Shown here in pieces: positions 55,700-63,999 of a stretch of 63,999 nucleotides of DNA (the stretch's first letter is position 1; the number at the start of each line of letters is the position of its first letter). Under the pieces are notes generated by a model, which worked only from the letters and a program-made list of their open reading frames with translations, was not told the DNA's origin and made no database searches. Position numbers and translations under genes: made by a program. Source of the stretch: a virus (Duplodnaviria > Caudoviricetes); IMG/VR virus record IMGVR_UViG_3300030101_003107, positions 1 through 63,999 of that record; one strand, given 5' to 3'.

Positions 55700-57415
55700 A
55701 TGAACGTACAGGAAAGAGAGATCAATGGATTTACGATTGACCAGTTCAATCAGTATGGCCTAGAAGTTGGGAAGACACAGGGTATATGCCCTACGTGTTC
55801 TCACACTAGGAAACCTGAAAATAGGAAAGCTAAATGTGCTTCTTATGATTGGGAACGTGGTCTTGGTACCTGTCATAACTGTAACACTAGTTTTCAACTT
55901 CACACTTATAAGCGTAAAGGAAACAGCGAGAAGGTTTATATTAGACCTAAGCAAAGTCTTGCACCGAATATGAGTGAGAAAGTTGAAGGCTGGTTTAAAG
56001 ATCGCGGTATATCATCAGCTTCCCTTCGTGACTTAAACGTTACCACAGGTGAAGAATATATGCCGCAGACAGGTAAGTCTGAGAATACCATTCAATTTAA
56101 CTATTACATGGGCGATCAACTCATAAACGTTAAATACCGTGATGGCCGTAAGAATTTTAAACTGTACAAAGGTGCAGAGAAAATATTTTACAACATTAAC
56201 AGTATTGTCGGTTATGACGCTTGTGTCATAGTTGAAGGTGAAATGGACGTGCTTGCAATGCACGAAGCGGGAGTTAAAAACGTTATATCAGTACCTAACG
56301 GTGCTACGTTAAACTCAAACAATCTCGATTATTTAGATAATTGCATAGACTATTTTGATGACAAAGAAAAGATTATATTAGCAGTTGATGCTGATGAGCC
56401 TGGCCAAGCTCTAAGACAAGAATTTATTCGTCGTCTTGGTGCTGAAGTTTGTTATCTAGTCGATTTCGAGGACTGTAAAGACGCAAACGATTATTTAGTT
56501 AAGTATGGAGCTAAAAAGCTCAGAGATGTAATTGATAACGTTAGGCCTGTACCTCTTGAGGGCGTGTCTACATTAAGAGATATTGAAGATGAACTTAAAG
56601 ACTTTGTTAAAAACGGGTTTAAGCCCGGCTTTCAAATCGGACTTAAAAACTTTGATAATGTTTTCTCTACTTACACCGGTCAGTTTATTACTGTTACTGG
56701 CGTACCCAGTAGCGGCAAGTCTGACTTTGTTGACCAAATGGTTGTGGGCTATAATCAACTATACGGTTGGAAAACTGCGTATGCTAGTCCAGAAAACCAA
56801 CCAGTGTATTTACACGCGCACAAACTAATGCGTAAACATTGGCAAGACATGCCAGCTGTAGGCGATATTGGCGGTGATAAATGGCATCAAGTTACTGAAC
56901 ATGTTAATGACAACTACTTCTTTATTGATATGGATAAATATAATTTAGAAGCTGTATTACGTAAAGGCGCTGAGCTTGTTAAACGTAAAGGTATTAAATG
57001 TTTAGTTCTCGATCCATTTAATAAGATCAGAGATGTTAATGCACACTCAGATGACGTCAACCGTTATACAATGGATTATCTAGCTAAGATCGAGGCTTTT
57101 TGTAAGAAGTATGATGTACTAACATTTATTGTAGCGCATCCTACTAAAATGTACAAAGGCCAAGACGGTAAAATGGAAGAGCCAACGATGTATAACATTA
57201 AAGGCGGTGGTGAGTGGTACGATGCTAGTTATCATGGCTTGCTAGTTCATAGAGATTATGAAGCTAAAACAACTAAAGTTAAAGTGCTTAAAGTTAAGTT
57301 TCAAAACCTTGGTGAAAACGGCGCTGAGTCTTTCTTTACATGGGAGCCACGATCTGGTAGCTTTGTACCTCACGTTACATCTGAAGCAGAAGCTGAGCCA
57401 ATGCCTTGGGAATAA
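55700..57415 (+). CDS. T7 gp4 / Twinkle-like primase-helicase
   Basis: Zn finger CPTC...CHNC, TOPRIM VEGEMD...DAD..G, KDAND, Walker A TGVPSSGKS, VLDP, IVAHP. Confidence 0.93.
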   Translation: MNVQEREINGFTIDQFNQYGLEVGKTQGICPTCSHTRKPENRKAKCASYDWERGLGTCHNCNTSFQLHTYKRKGNSEKVYIRPKQSLAPNMSEKVEGWFKDRGISSASLRDLNVTTGEEYMPQTGKSENTIQFNYYMGDQLINVKYRDGRKNFKLYKGAEKIFYNINSIVGYDACVIVEGEMDVLAMHEAGVKNVISVPNGATLNSNNLDYLDNCIDYFDDKEKIILAVDADEPGQALRQEFIRRLGAEVCYLVDFEDCKDANDYLVKYGAKKLRDVIDNVRPVPLEGVSTLRDIEDELKDFVKNGFKPGFQIGLKNFDNVFSTYTGQFITVTGVPSSGKSDFVDQMVVGYNQLYGWKTAYASPENQPVYLHAHKLMRKHWQDMPAVGDIGGDKWHQVTEHVNDNYFFIDMDKYNLEAVLRKGAELVKRKGIKCLVLDPFNKIRDVNAHSDDVNRYTMDYLAKIEAFCKKYDVLTFIVAHPTKMYKGQDGKMEEPTMYNIKGGGEWYDASYHGLLVHRDYEAKTTKVKVLKVKFQNLGENGAESFFTWEPRSGSFVPHVTSEAEAEPMPWE

Positions 57416-57678
57416 TGGCTAAGAGTAAGCCTTTTAAACCTGGACTTCGACCTCTTTCAAAATTAGAATCTAAAATGATACAATGGTGTTTAGACAACAG
57501 CATAGCTTGTTGTGTTATACCTGCTCCAAAATATACAAATTGGGGCGAAGATTACTGTGTTGAAATAGTAATTAATGGTAAGTCAAACTTTAGTCCTAAT
57601 TTTAAAAAGCAAGAAGTATTAGAAAAACAAATTGAATATTATAAATACTATTATGACAAATACAATAAAACAACTTGA
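57406..57678 (+). CDS. Hypothetical protein
   Basis: Operon packing; start may be ATG 57415. Confidence 0.6.
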   Translation: MGIMAKSKPFKPGLRPLSKLESKMIQWCLDNSIACCVIPAPKYTNWGEDYCVEIVINGKSNFSPNFKKQEVLEKQIEYYKYYYDKYNKTT

Positions 57679-57782
57679 TTATAAAACAATAGCAATGAGC
57701 CGCAATGGCAAAACTAAAATACTTACTAAGCGTATTAGTACTTTAGGTTTAAAATCATGGTATAATATTAAAGGCGAAATTT

Positions 57783-58460
57783 ATGCATAATAATTTCAAA
57801 ACAGCTAATGAAGCTTTTCATGATTTATACTGGCGTATTGTTCGCGATGGCGTAGACTTTGCTGGAACTAAAGCATTATTTAACGCTGGGTTTTATATTG
57901 AAAATCCTGCATTAAACGATATTAAAGATAGTAAAGTTAAACGTAACTGGTCTATAGATTATGCTGAGGCTGAGTGGCAGTGGTATTTATCTGGCGATCG
58001 TAACATAGCTAAGCTTGGCGAGTTATACGGTAAAGTACCAGCTATATGGAAACGTATGGCTGATGAGTATGATGAAGTAAACTCTAATTACGGTTGGCAA
58101 TGGAAAAGACTACATCAACTAGATAAAGTAATTACTATGCTACGTAGTAATCCTGAAACTAGACAAGCTGCAATATCAATATATGACGGTAAAGAAATAA
58201 GCCAGTACAAGTATGATACACCATGTACATACGCTGTACAGTTTACAGTACTAGATAATAAGCTTAATATGTCTGTTGTAATGCGATCTAATGATCTCTG
58301 GTATGGTTTTTGTAATGATCAGTATCAGTTTTCAAACTTGCAGCTATTAGTTGCTCAGAAGACAGGATATGACGTTGGTACATATTATCATTTTGCGCAT
58401 AACTTACACTTGTATAATGATAAATTACCAGAAGATAAAACTAGAAACTTTCACAAATGA
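57783..58460 (+). CDS. Thymidylate-synthase-superfamily enzyme, predicted dCMP hydroxymethylase/methylase
   Basis: PC catalytic motif, MRSNDLWYGFCND with Asp at the ThyA Asn177 position, NLHLY. Confidence 0.8.
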   Translation: MHNNFKTANEAFHDLYWRIVRDGVDFAGTKALFNAGFYIENPALNDIKDSKVKRNWSIDYAEAEWQWYLSGDRNIAKLGELYGKVPAIWKRMADEYDEVNSNYGWQWKRLHQLDKVITMLRSNPETRQAAISIYDGKEISQYKYDTPCTYAVQFTVLDNKLNMSVVMRSNDLWYGFCNDQYQFSNLQLLVAQKTGYDVGTYYHFAHNLHLYNDKLPEDKTRNFHK

Positions 58461-59260
58461 CGTATGCAATATACCATATACCGGGTGTAAAAATAGGTGT
58501 AACAAACAACATTAAAAGTAGAGTTGAAGAGCAACAAGGCTATAAGCCTAGCGAGTATGAAATACTAGAAATGTCTGACGATATAAATTATATATCTAGA
58601 CGTGAGTTGTATTTACAAGAGCGTTACGGCTATAGAGTTGACAGACAACTATACAAAGAATTATTTAATAACAATTTTATAAAATTAAACAATATGGATA
58701 TAAATGTAACTGAAATGACTACAACATTTCCGTGTCCAGTTAACAAGTTAAAAGGCAGGCTTATGGACAACTTAGGTATGACCTGGGAAACAGATGCTGG
58801 TAAAGTAATGATTACAAAAGAATCTATTAAATGGGTAATGAACAATGTTAAATCATCACAATATACTAACGATAGATGCTATGTATATAACAAGGCTTTT
58901 GCTAGATGGTTTGATAACAATAACCCGTTTGAAGAAACTTGCGATACATACTGCGATGATTGTGGCGATAATATATTTGAGTGTATCAGAATGTGGGCAG
59001 ATGAACGCGGCTTATACGATAAAGGCGATCCAAAAACACAATACATTAAGCTAATGGAAGAGACTGGCGAGATCGGTAGAGCTATATTAAAAGATGACAC
59101 AGCTGAAATAATCGATGGTATTGGCGATGCTGTAGTTGTATTAACTAATCTAGCTGAACTATGCGGCGTACCTATTGAAGAGTGTATACAAGAAGCTTAT
59201 AATGTTATTAGTAAGCGTAAAGGTAAAATGATTAACGGAACATTTGTAAAATATGAGTAG
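58457..59260 (+). CDS. GIY-YIG-like N-domain fused to MazG-like NTP pyrophosphohydrolase
   Basis: AIYHI..VKIGVTNNIKSRVEE...RELYL; C-terminal WADERGL..KLMEETGEI..EIIDGIGD. Confidence 0.8.
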   Translation: MTYAIYHIPGVKIGVTNNIKSRVEEQQGYKPSEYEILEMSDDINYISRRELYLQERYGYRVDRQLYKELFNNNFIKLNNMDINVTEMTTTFPCPVNKLKGRLMDNLGMTWETDAGKVMITKESIKWVMNNVKSSQYTNDRCYVYNKAFARWFDNNNPFEETCDTYCDDCGDNIFECIRMWADERGLYDKGDPKTQYIKLMEETGEIGRAILKDDTAEIIDGIGDAVVVLTNLAELCGVPIEECIQEAYNVISKRKGKMINGTFVKYE

Positions 59261-59564
59261 TAGAGAAATATATGACGGTATGGACGGCGTAACAACACGC
59301 ACGTTTAAATTTAGAGATCCTGTAGTTGATAATGTGTGTAGAGAGTTTGTAAAACGATCTGATGCTGGCTACAAAAAATACGGTTCGACACTTGATGATG
59401 AACGTAGACTTGGTATGAAAAACCTACAAGGCTATTTAAAAGATGTACAAGAAGAGCTAATGGATGCTATATTGTATATACAAGCTGCACGTGAAGAACT
59501 TCAAGACTTATCTGAGGAAGCTTTGATTAATAAGTTTGATGATGATGAGAAAGAAGCGTACTAA
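59253..59564 (+). CDS. All-alpha NTP-pyrophosphatase-like small protein
   Basis: RSDAGYKKYGSTLD...QEELMDAILY. Confidence 0.65.
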   Translation: MSSREIYDGMDGVTTRTFKFRDPVVDNVCREFVKRSDAGYKKYGSTLDDERRLGMKNLQGYLKDVQEELMDAILYIQAAREELQDLSEEALINKFDDDEKEAY

Positions 59565-59988
59565 AAAAAGAGGTCCAGTTAGAGCTAAACGCGTAAGACA
59601 AGACGGTATTAACTTTGCTTCAGGGCTAGAGCGCTATATGTATCTAGCTCTGAAAAAAGCAAAGATCAAAGCTGTATACGAAGGTGAAACTTACATTGTA
59701 CAAGAAGGCTTTGAGTTTATGCAATCAGCTTACGAAAAACAAGCTAATGGTAAGGGCGAATATAAAAACAGAGGAAATAAAAAAATACTACCAGTTAAAT
59801 ATACTCCAGACTTTGTTGGTAAGGACTTTATAATAGAGTGTAAAGGTCGAGCAAACGAAAGTTTTCCAATGCGATGGAAAATGTTTAAAAAGTACGTAAA
59901 AGAAAATTTACCACATGTAACTTTATATAAACCTCAAAATCAAAAAGACTGCGACGAAACAATTAAACTTATTCAAAATGAAAAATGA
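59542..59988 (+). CDS. T7 endonuclease I-like Holliday junction resolvase
   Basis: FASGLE, YEGE, YTPDF, IIECKG; exact start Met uncertain (59536-59545). Confidence 0.8.
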   Translation: MMRKKRTKKRGPVRAKRVRQDGINFASGLERYMYLALKKAKIKAVYEGETYIVQEGFEFMQSAYEKQANGKGEYKNRGNKKILPVKYTPDFVGKDFIIECKGRANESFPMRWKMFKKYVKENLPHVTLYKPQNQKDCDETIKLIQNEK

Positions 59989-60115
59989 TTGGGAGTTAAG
60001 CTTTGGAACTTTTCCAGGCATATTGTTTGGCGTGAGAACATATAAAGAAAATTTAAGAGACAATCACGTGTTATACCTAGGTTTCTTAGACGTTTGTTTA
60101 ACAATATATAAATAA
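59978..60115 (+). CDS. Small hypothetical protein (45 aa, not in ORF track)
   Basis: MKNDWELSFGTFPGILFGVRTY... fills the gap before nrdJ. Confidence 0.55.
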   Translation: MKNDWELSFGTFPGILFGVRTYKENLRDNHVLYLGFLDVCLTIYK

Positions 60116-60122
60116 AAATAAT

Positions 60123-61976
60123 ATGAATAACATACTATCAGACATTACTGTTCACATGAAGTATGCTAAGTATATTCCAGAGCTTAATCGCCGGGAAACT
60201 TGGACTGAGCTTGTTGATCGTAATGTAGCAATGCATAAAAAGAAATACCCTAACCTAATAGACCAAATAGATGAAGCATATAAGTTTGTATATGATAAAA
60301 AAGTTTTACCAAGCATGCGATCATTACAGTTTGCAGGTAAGCCTATTGAAATATCCCCTAATCGCTTATACAACTGTAGTTATTTGCCTGCTGATAGTGT
60401 CGACGCTTTTAATGAAATAATGTTTTTACTTCTATCTGGTTGTGGCGTAGGCTACTCAGTACAACAGCATCATATTAAAAAGCTACCAGCTATTATTAAG
60501 CCGTTTGACAAACGTAGTAGACGTTTTGTTATTGGCGACAGTATTGAAGGCTGGTCTGACGCTGTTAAAGTATTAATAAAATCTTATTTAGGTAACAAAC
60601 GTACGTCTAAAATAGTATTTGATTATACAGACATAAGACCTAAAGGCGCAAGACTTGTAACGTCAGGTGGTAAAGCACCTGGTCCACAACCATTAAAAGA
60701 GTGTTTAACTAAAATAGAAGGAATATTAAATGATAAAAAAGATAGCACAATACTTACCTCACTTGAGGTCCATGATATTATATGCCATATTGCTGACGCT
60801 GTTCTTGCTGGTGGCATACGCCGCGCAGCTTTAATTGCTTTGTTTTCAGCTTACGATGAAGACATGATAGCTTGTAAGTCTGGTAGTTGGTGGGAGTTAA
60901 ATCCACAACGCGGTAGAGCTAATAACTCAGCTGTACTTATGAGACATAAAATAACTAAAGACTTTTTTATAGACCTATGGAAACGTGTTGAGTTATCTGG
61001 CGCAGGTGAACCTGGTATATATTTAAATAACGATAAAGACTGGGGTACAAATCCATGCTGCGAAATAGCTTTACGTCCGTTTCAGTTTTGTAACTTGTGT
61101 GAAGTAAACGTATCTGATCTTGAAAGTCAAAATGATTTAAACGAAAGAGTTAAAGCCGCAGCGTTTATAGGTACGTTACAAGCTAGTTACACTGACTTTC
61201 ATTATTTAAGAGAAATATGGAAAGAGACAACAGAAAAAGACGCGCTTATAGGTGTGTCAATGACAGGGATAGGGAGTGCCGCTGTGCTCCAGCTGGATAT
61301 GAAGGCAGCTGCAAGTATCGTAAAAAGAGAGAACACGAGAGTAGCAAAGCTATTGGGCATAAACAAAAGCGCTAGATGTACAACTGTAAAACCTGCAGGG
61401 ACGACTTCTCTGGTGCTAGGAACATCATCTGGTATTCACGCGTGGCATAATGATTATTATGTCCGTAGGATGCGCGTAGGAAAGAACGAGGCTATATATA
61501 CATATCTTAATATTAATCACCCTGAACTAATTGAAGATGAGTACTTCAGACCTCATGATACGGCCGTTATATCTGTACCGCAAAAAGCACCTGATAATTC
61601 TATACTTAGAACTGAGTCGCCGTTTGATACACTTGACCGTGTTAAGCGTGTAGCTACTGAGTGGGTTAAGCCAGGTCACAGAGCTGGTAGTAATACACAT
61701 AATGTATCTGCAACAATATCGTTAAAAGATAATGAGTGGGAGGCTGCTGGCGAGTGGATGTGGTTAAATAAAGATTATTATAACGGTTTATCTGTATTGC
61801 CTTACAATGGCGGTACGTACACTCAAGCTCCGTTTGAGGACATTAGCGAAGCTGAGTTTAATAAAATGTCCAAAGTATTATCTGAAGTTGACTTAACAAA
61901 AGTTATTGAAACTGATGATAACACAGATCTATCAGGCGAGCTTGCTTGTGCTGGTGGCAACTGTGAAATTGTTTAA
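60123..61976 (+). CDS. nrdJ: Class II (adenosylcobalamin-dependent) ribonucleotide reductase
   Basis: LPSMRSLQFAG, YNC, GCGVG, IRRAALI, TNPCCEI, CNLCE, TVKPAGT, C-terminal CAGGNC; no beta subunit gene seen. Confidence 0.9.
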   Translation: MNNILSDITVHMKYAKYIPELNRRETWTELVDRNVAMHKKKYPNLIDQIDEAYKFVYDKKVLPSMRSLQFAGKPIEISPNRLYNCSYLPADSVDAFNEIMFLLLSGCGVGYSVQQHHIKKLPAIIKPFDKRSRRFVIGDSIEGWSDAVKVLIKSYLGNKRTSKIVFDYTDIRPKGARLVTSGGKAPGPQPLKECLTKIEGILNDKKDSTILTSLEVHDIICHIADAVLAGGIRRAALIALFSAYDEDMIACKSGSWWELNPQRGRANNSAVLMRHKITKDFFIDLWKRVELSGAGEPGIYLNNDKDWGTNPCCEIALRPFQFCNLCEVNVSDLESQNDLNERVKAAAFIGTLQASYTDFHYLREIWKETTEKDALIGVSMTGIGSAAVLQLDMKAAASIVKRENTRVAKLLGINKSARCTTVKPAGTTSLVLGTSSGIHAWHNDYYVRRMRVGKNEAIYTYLNINHPELIEDEYFRPHDTAVISVPQKAPDNSILRTESPFDTLDRVKRVATEWVKPGHRAGSNTHNVSATISLKDNEWEAAGEWMWLNKDYYNGLSVLPYNGGTYTQAPFEDISEAEFNKMSKVLSEVDLTKVIETDDNTDLSGELACAGGNCEIV

Positions 61977-61992
61977 TTAAATTTTATTTACT

Positions 61993-62184
61993 ATGACTGA
62001 ATTACAAAGAATGTATAATGAGATGTTAGTTACCTTAGAAAAAGGTATTGAAGATCTTGAAAAGTTTGAAGATGGAAATATGTCTGCTGGAACTAGGGTT
62101 CGCAAGACAATGCAAACAACTAAAGAGTTAGCCCAACAAATACGGGTTACAGTTCAAGAACAAAAAAATGCTGTTGTAGCATAA
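61993..62184 (+). CDS. Histone-H1-like (Hc1-type) small protein
   Basis: EKFEDGNMSAGTRVRK...KELAQQIR matches my recollection of Bacteroidota Hc1-like proteins. Confidence 0.7.
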   Translation: MTELQRMYNEMLVTLEKGIEDLEKFEDGNMSAGTRVRKTMQTTKELAQQIRVTVQEQKNAVVA

Positions 62185-62190
62185 AATAAT

Positions 62191-62216
62191 AGAGGGCTTT
62201 TTAGCCCTCTTTTTTT
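62191..62216 (+). terminator. Terminator at the convergence of the two arms
   Basis: AGAGGGCT-TTTT-AGCCCTCT followed by T6; overlaps the stop of 62201..62434. Confidence 0.85.
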
Positions 62217-62434
62217 GTACCTTTACCATCATTACCACGATTAGCTTTTATAGATTTAAACTTACCGTCTTTATGATCGTAATCTTTTCCTTTTATATTT
62301 ACACCAGCTTTTAATGCTGCTCTACGTTTACGTTGGTTTTCTGCTTTTTTCTTTTTACGCTCTTCTGTCATTGCTGCTCGCTTATCACGAATAGCTTTCA
62401 TGCGTCTAGCTGTTGGTGTTAACTTTTGACTCAT
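62201..62434 (-). CDS. Small basic protein, possibly degenerate HNH
   Basis: GKDYDHKDG...KANRG. Confidence 0.6.
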   Translation of the reverse strand: MSQKLTPTARRMKAIRDKRAAMTEERKKKKAENQRKRRAALKAGVNIKGKDYDHKDGKFKSIKANRGNDGKGTKKEG

Positions 62435-63201
62435 GCTTCACCACATTTTTTACTTGGATTACTAACTTGCACCCAGTTTTCTTTTTGAAACCAATCACGT
62501 AGTGTAGCACCTTTTTTACGAGCACCTTTAACATTTGATTTTGAAGATCTTTTATATTTACCTTTGTTAGCTGCAGATCTTTTAGCTGAAACAACTCTTC
62601 TACGCTCTTCAGGCGACATGTTCATGACTTTAGCTTTAGGTAAACAAACTTTTTTAGTTCCTCCGCCTTTAACTTTACTTCTTCTGCCGCTTCTTCTTCT
62701 ACGTCTTGTAAAAGCAGAATTAAGTTCTGCTTCTTCAAACCTTGAATATGATCTAGGTTTAGGTGGCTCTCCAGTTTTTAAAGTTTGTAAAGCTTCTTGT
62801 TGAGTTACTAAGCCAGCAGATATACGCTTAGTATCTTTTTCTAAAGTTCTTTCTTTTGTAGCTTTATCACTGCGAGCTGTTCTTTCTAATCTTTCTTTTT
62901 CTTGTTGCTCTTTCTTTTTTCTTTCTGCTTCTTTTTTTTCTTGAAACTCTTGCTCTTTTCTTATTCTTCTTTCTTCGTTTAAAGCTAATTGGTTTTCTGC
63001 TGCTTCTGCGCCTAGTTGAGCACCAGTTTTTCTACCAATACCAAAAACATTGCTTTGACCTGGCGTAAACATCGGGCCAAACGCAGCAGTAAAAGTAGTT
63101 CCAACAGCAAGCGGATTACCACTAGTTAAACCTGCAAATGTACTTACAGCGGTACCTAAATCACTACCAGCTACGTTTTGTTTTTTAGGACTTTTTGCCA
63201 T
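62431..63201 (-). CDS. Basic modular protein
   Basis: Gly/Ala N-terminus, coiled coil, C-terminal VCLPKAK...LRDWFQKENWV module recalled from marine viral proteins. Confidence 0.7.
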   Translation of the reverse strand: MAKSPKKQNVAGSDLGTAVSTFAGLTSGNPLAVGTTFTAAFGPMFTPGQSNVFGIGRKTGAQLGAEAAENQLALNEERRIRKEQEFQEKKEAERKKKEQQEKERLERTARSDKATKERTLEKDTKRISAGLVTQQEALQTLKTGEPPKPRSYSRFEEAELNSAFTRRRRRSGRRSKVKGGGTKKVCLPKAKVMNMSPEERRRVVSAKRSAANKGKYKRSSKSNVKGARKKGATLRDWFQKENWVQVSNPSKKCGEA

Positions 63202-63643
63202 GTTGTTTTTTTAATTGTTTTTTAGCAGCTCTTGCAAGTCTTGCTTGTTCCATTTTACCCATAACCTCAGCTCTTTGTTCTAATACAGTTAGTATCTGTA
63301 TTTTTCTAGCATAAGGTTTATTTATTCTTTTAACTTTAGCTATTGTAGCTCTAGCATCAGCAACAGTAGCAAACTTAATACTTACTGTATCTTTTGGATT
63401 TTCATCTGTATACAGCCGTCTATCTGAGCCTTTAGGTTTTTTACCTGTGCCAACTACAGGATCTTTACGCTTGTTAGGTGAAGGCCTATTAGTTTGCATG
63501 TTTATAAACCAATTGCACAACTGCTTATCACGAGGTGTAGCTCCAGGTCTAGCTTTTAACTTTTTACATTTTTCAATAGTTACATCACCACCATACACTT
63601 TAGCAATACGTGCTTTTAATACGCCTCTATAAGCTTTACTCAT
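63185..63643 (-). CDS. Basic conserved viral protein
   Basis: GTGKKPKGSDRRLYTDENPKDTVSIKF...QILTVLEQRA module recalled from marine viruses. Confidence 0.7.
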   Translation of the reverse strand: MSKAYRGVLKARIAKVYGGDVTIEKCKKLKARPGATPRDKQLCNWFINMQTNRPSPNKRKDPVVGTGKKPKGSDRRLYTDENPKDTVSIKFATVADARATIAKVKRINKPYARKIQILTVLEQRAEVMGKMEQARLARAAKKQLKKQHGKKS

Positions 63644-63917
63644 CTTTCTTTTTACCTAATCGTTTTCTAACTATATTCATAACAGTCTTCATTTTACGAG
63701 CATAGCTAGGATTTTTACCTCTATTAAAAACATACTGTTGATTTAAACTACTAATAATTTTAGATAAATTACCTTTACGAGTTTTAATTAACCAGCTAGC
63801 TAATGCTTGAGTTGACAAGTTTTTAAACTTGCCTTTAGCATCAGGTGCGTCTGAGTCATGCCACTCTATAGACTTTGAAGTTTTTTTCTTTTTATTAGGC
63901 GATGAATATATAGCCAT
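63636..63917 (-). CDS. Small basic protein
   Basis: Its ATG overlaps the PAP2 gene stop across the circular junction (63917 corresponds to 18). Confidence 0.7.
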   Translation of the reverse strand: MAIYSSPNKKKKTSKSIEWHDSDAPDAKGKFKNLSTQALASWLIKTRKGNLSKIISSLNQQYVFNRGKNPSYARKMKTVMNIVRKRLGKKKDE

Positions 63918-63999
63918 TACACTTTATTTTTTATATGATTATACATATCTAATCCTATTTGTTCTCCAAATTTACTATCAGACTCGTAATGAGCATGGG
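63900..63999. repeat. Terminal overlap, copy 2
   Basis: Matches 1-100 with one mismatch. Confidence 0.97.

Noticed and set aside
57783-58460. Ordinary thyA
   Set aside because: Asp rather than Asn at the specificity position, so the symbol was withheld.
63900-63999. Biological direct terminal repeat
   Set aside because: It is exactly 100 nt and cuts through a gene in the middle of an operon, which is typical of assembler circular overlap.
1-63999. Stop-codon reassignment as in some crAss-like phages
   Set aside because: Standard-code ORFs tile the genome densely, and TAA, TAG and TGA all end genes at sensible boundaries.
1-63999. Lysogeny module, DGR/retron, introns or inteins
   Set aside because: No integrase, repressor pair or reverse transcriptase motifs were seen; terminase, helicase and RNR appear uninterrupted.

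Overview
The window looks like one complete, circularly assembled genome (about 63,899 bp plus a 100-nt terminal overlap) of an AT-rich dsDNA tailed phage. It is probably lytic, podovirus-like, and infects Bacteroidota, likely aquatic Flavobacteriia. Host evidence: a T9SS C-terminal sorting domain, signal peptides followed by Gln, and A-rich translation starts without SD sequences. There are two transcription arms. The minus strand (62201-63917 continuing into 1-45114) carries the structural and packaging genes (terminase, portal, scaffold, capsid, tail, ejection proteins), GroEL/GroES, lysis candidates, an envelope cassette and many small basic proteins. The plus strand (45395-62184) carries early genes, a sigma factor, and recombination, replication and nucleotide genes. 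No DNA polymerase, RNA polymerase or integrase was recognised. The most striking candidate system is a 2459-aa ejection-module protein. It reads as a polyprotein (zincin protease / sigma70-like segment / unknown domain / HAD phosphatase / helical C-terminus) whose domains are bounded by four [FY]SK[ED] motifs. It is paired with seven copies of a non-host-type early promoter motif, ACAAA-N-TAAATACGA-N7-YGGATAAT. Other highlights: an array of four structured ncRNAs including a D-armless tRNA mimic, a thymidylate-synthase homolog with the dCMP-specifying Asp, a phage-encoded T9SS cargo and outer-membrane cassette, and a shared MAFK leader on small basic proteins. All family calls come from motif recognition by eye; no database search or folding program was run.
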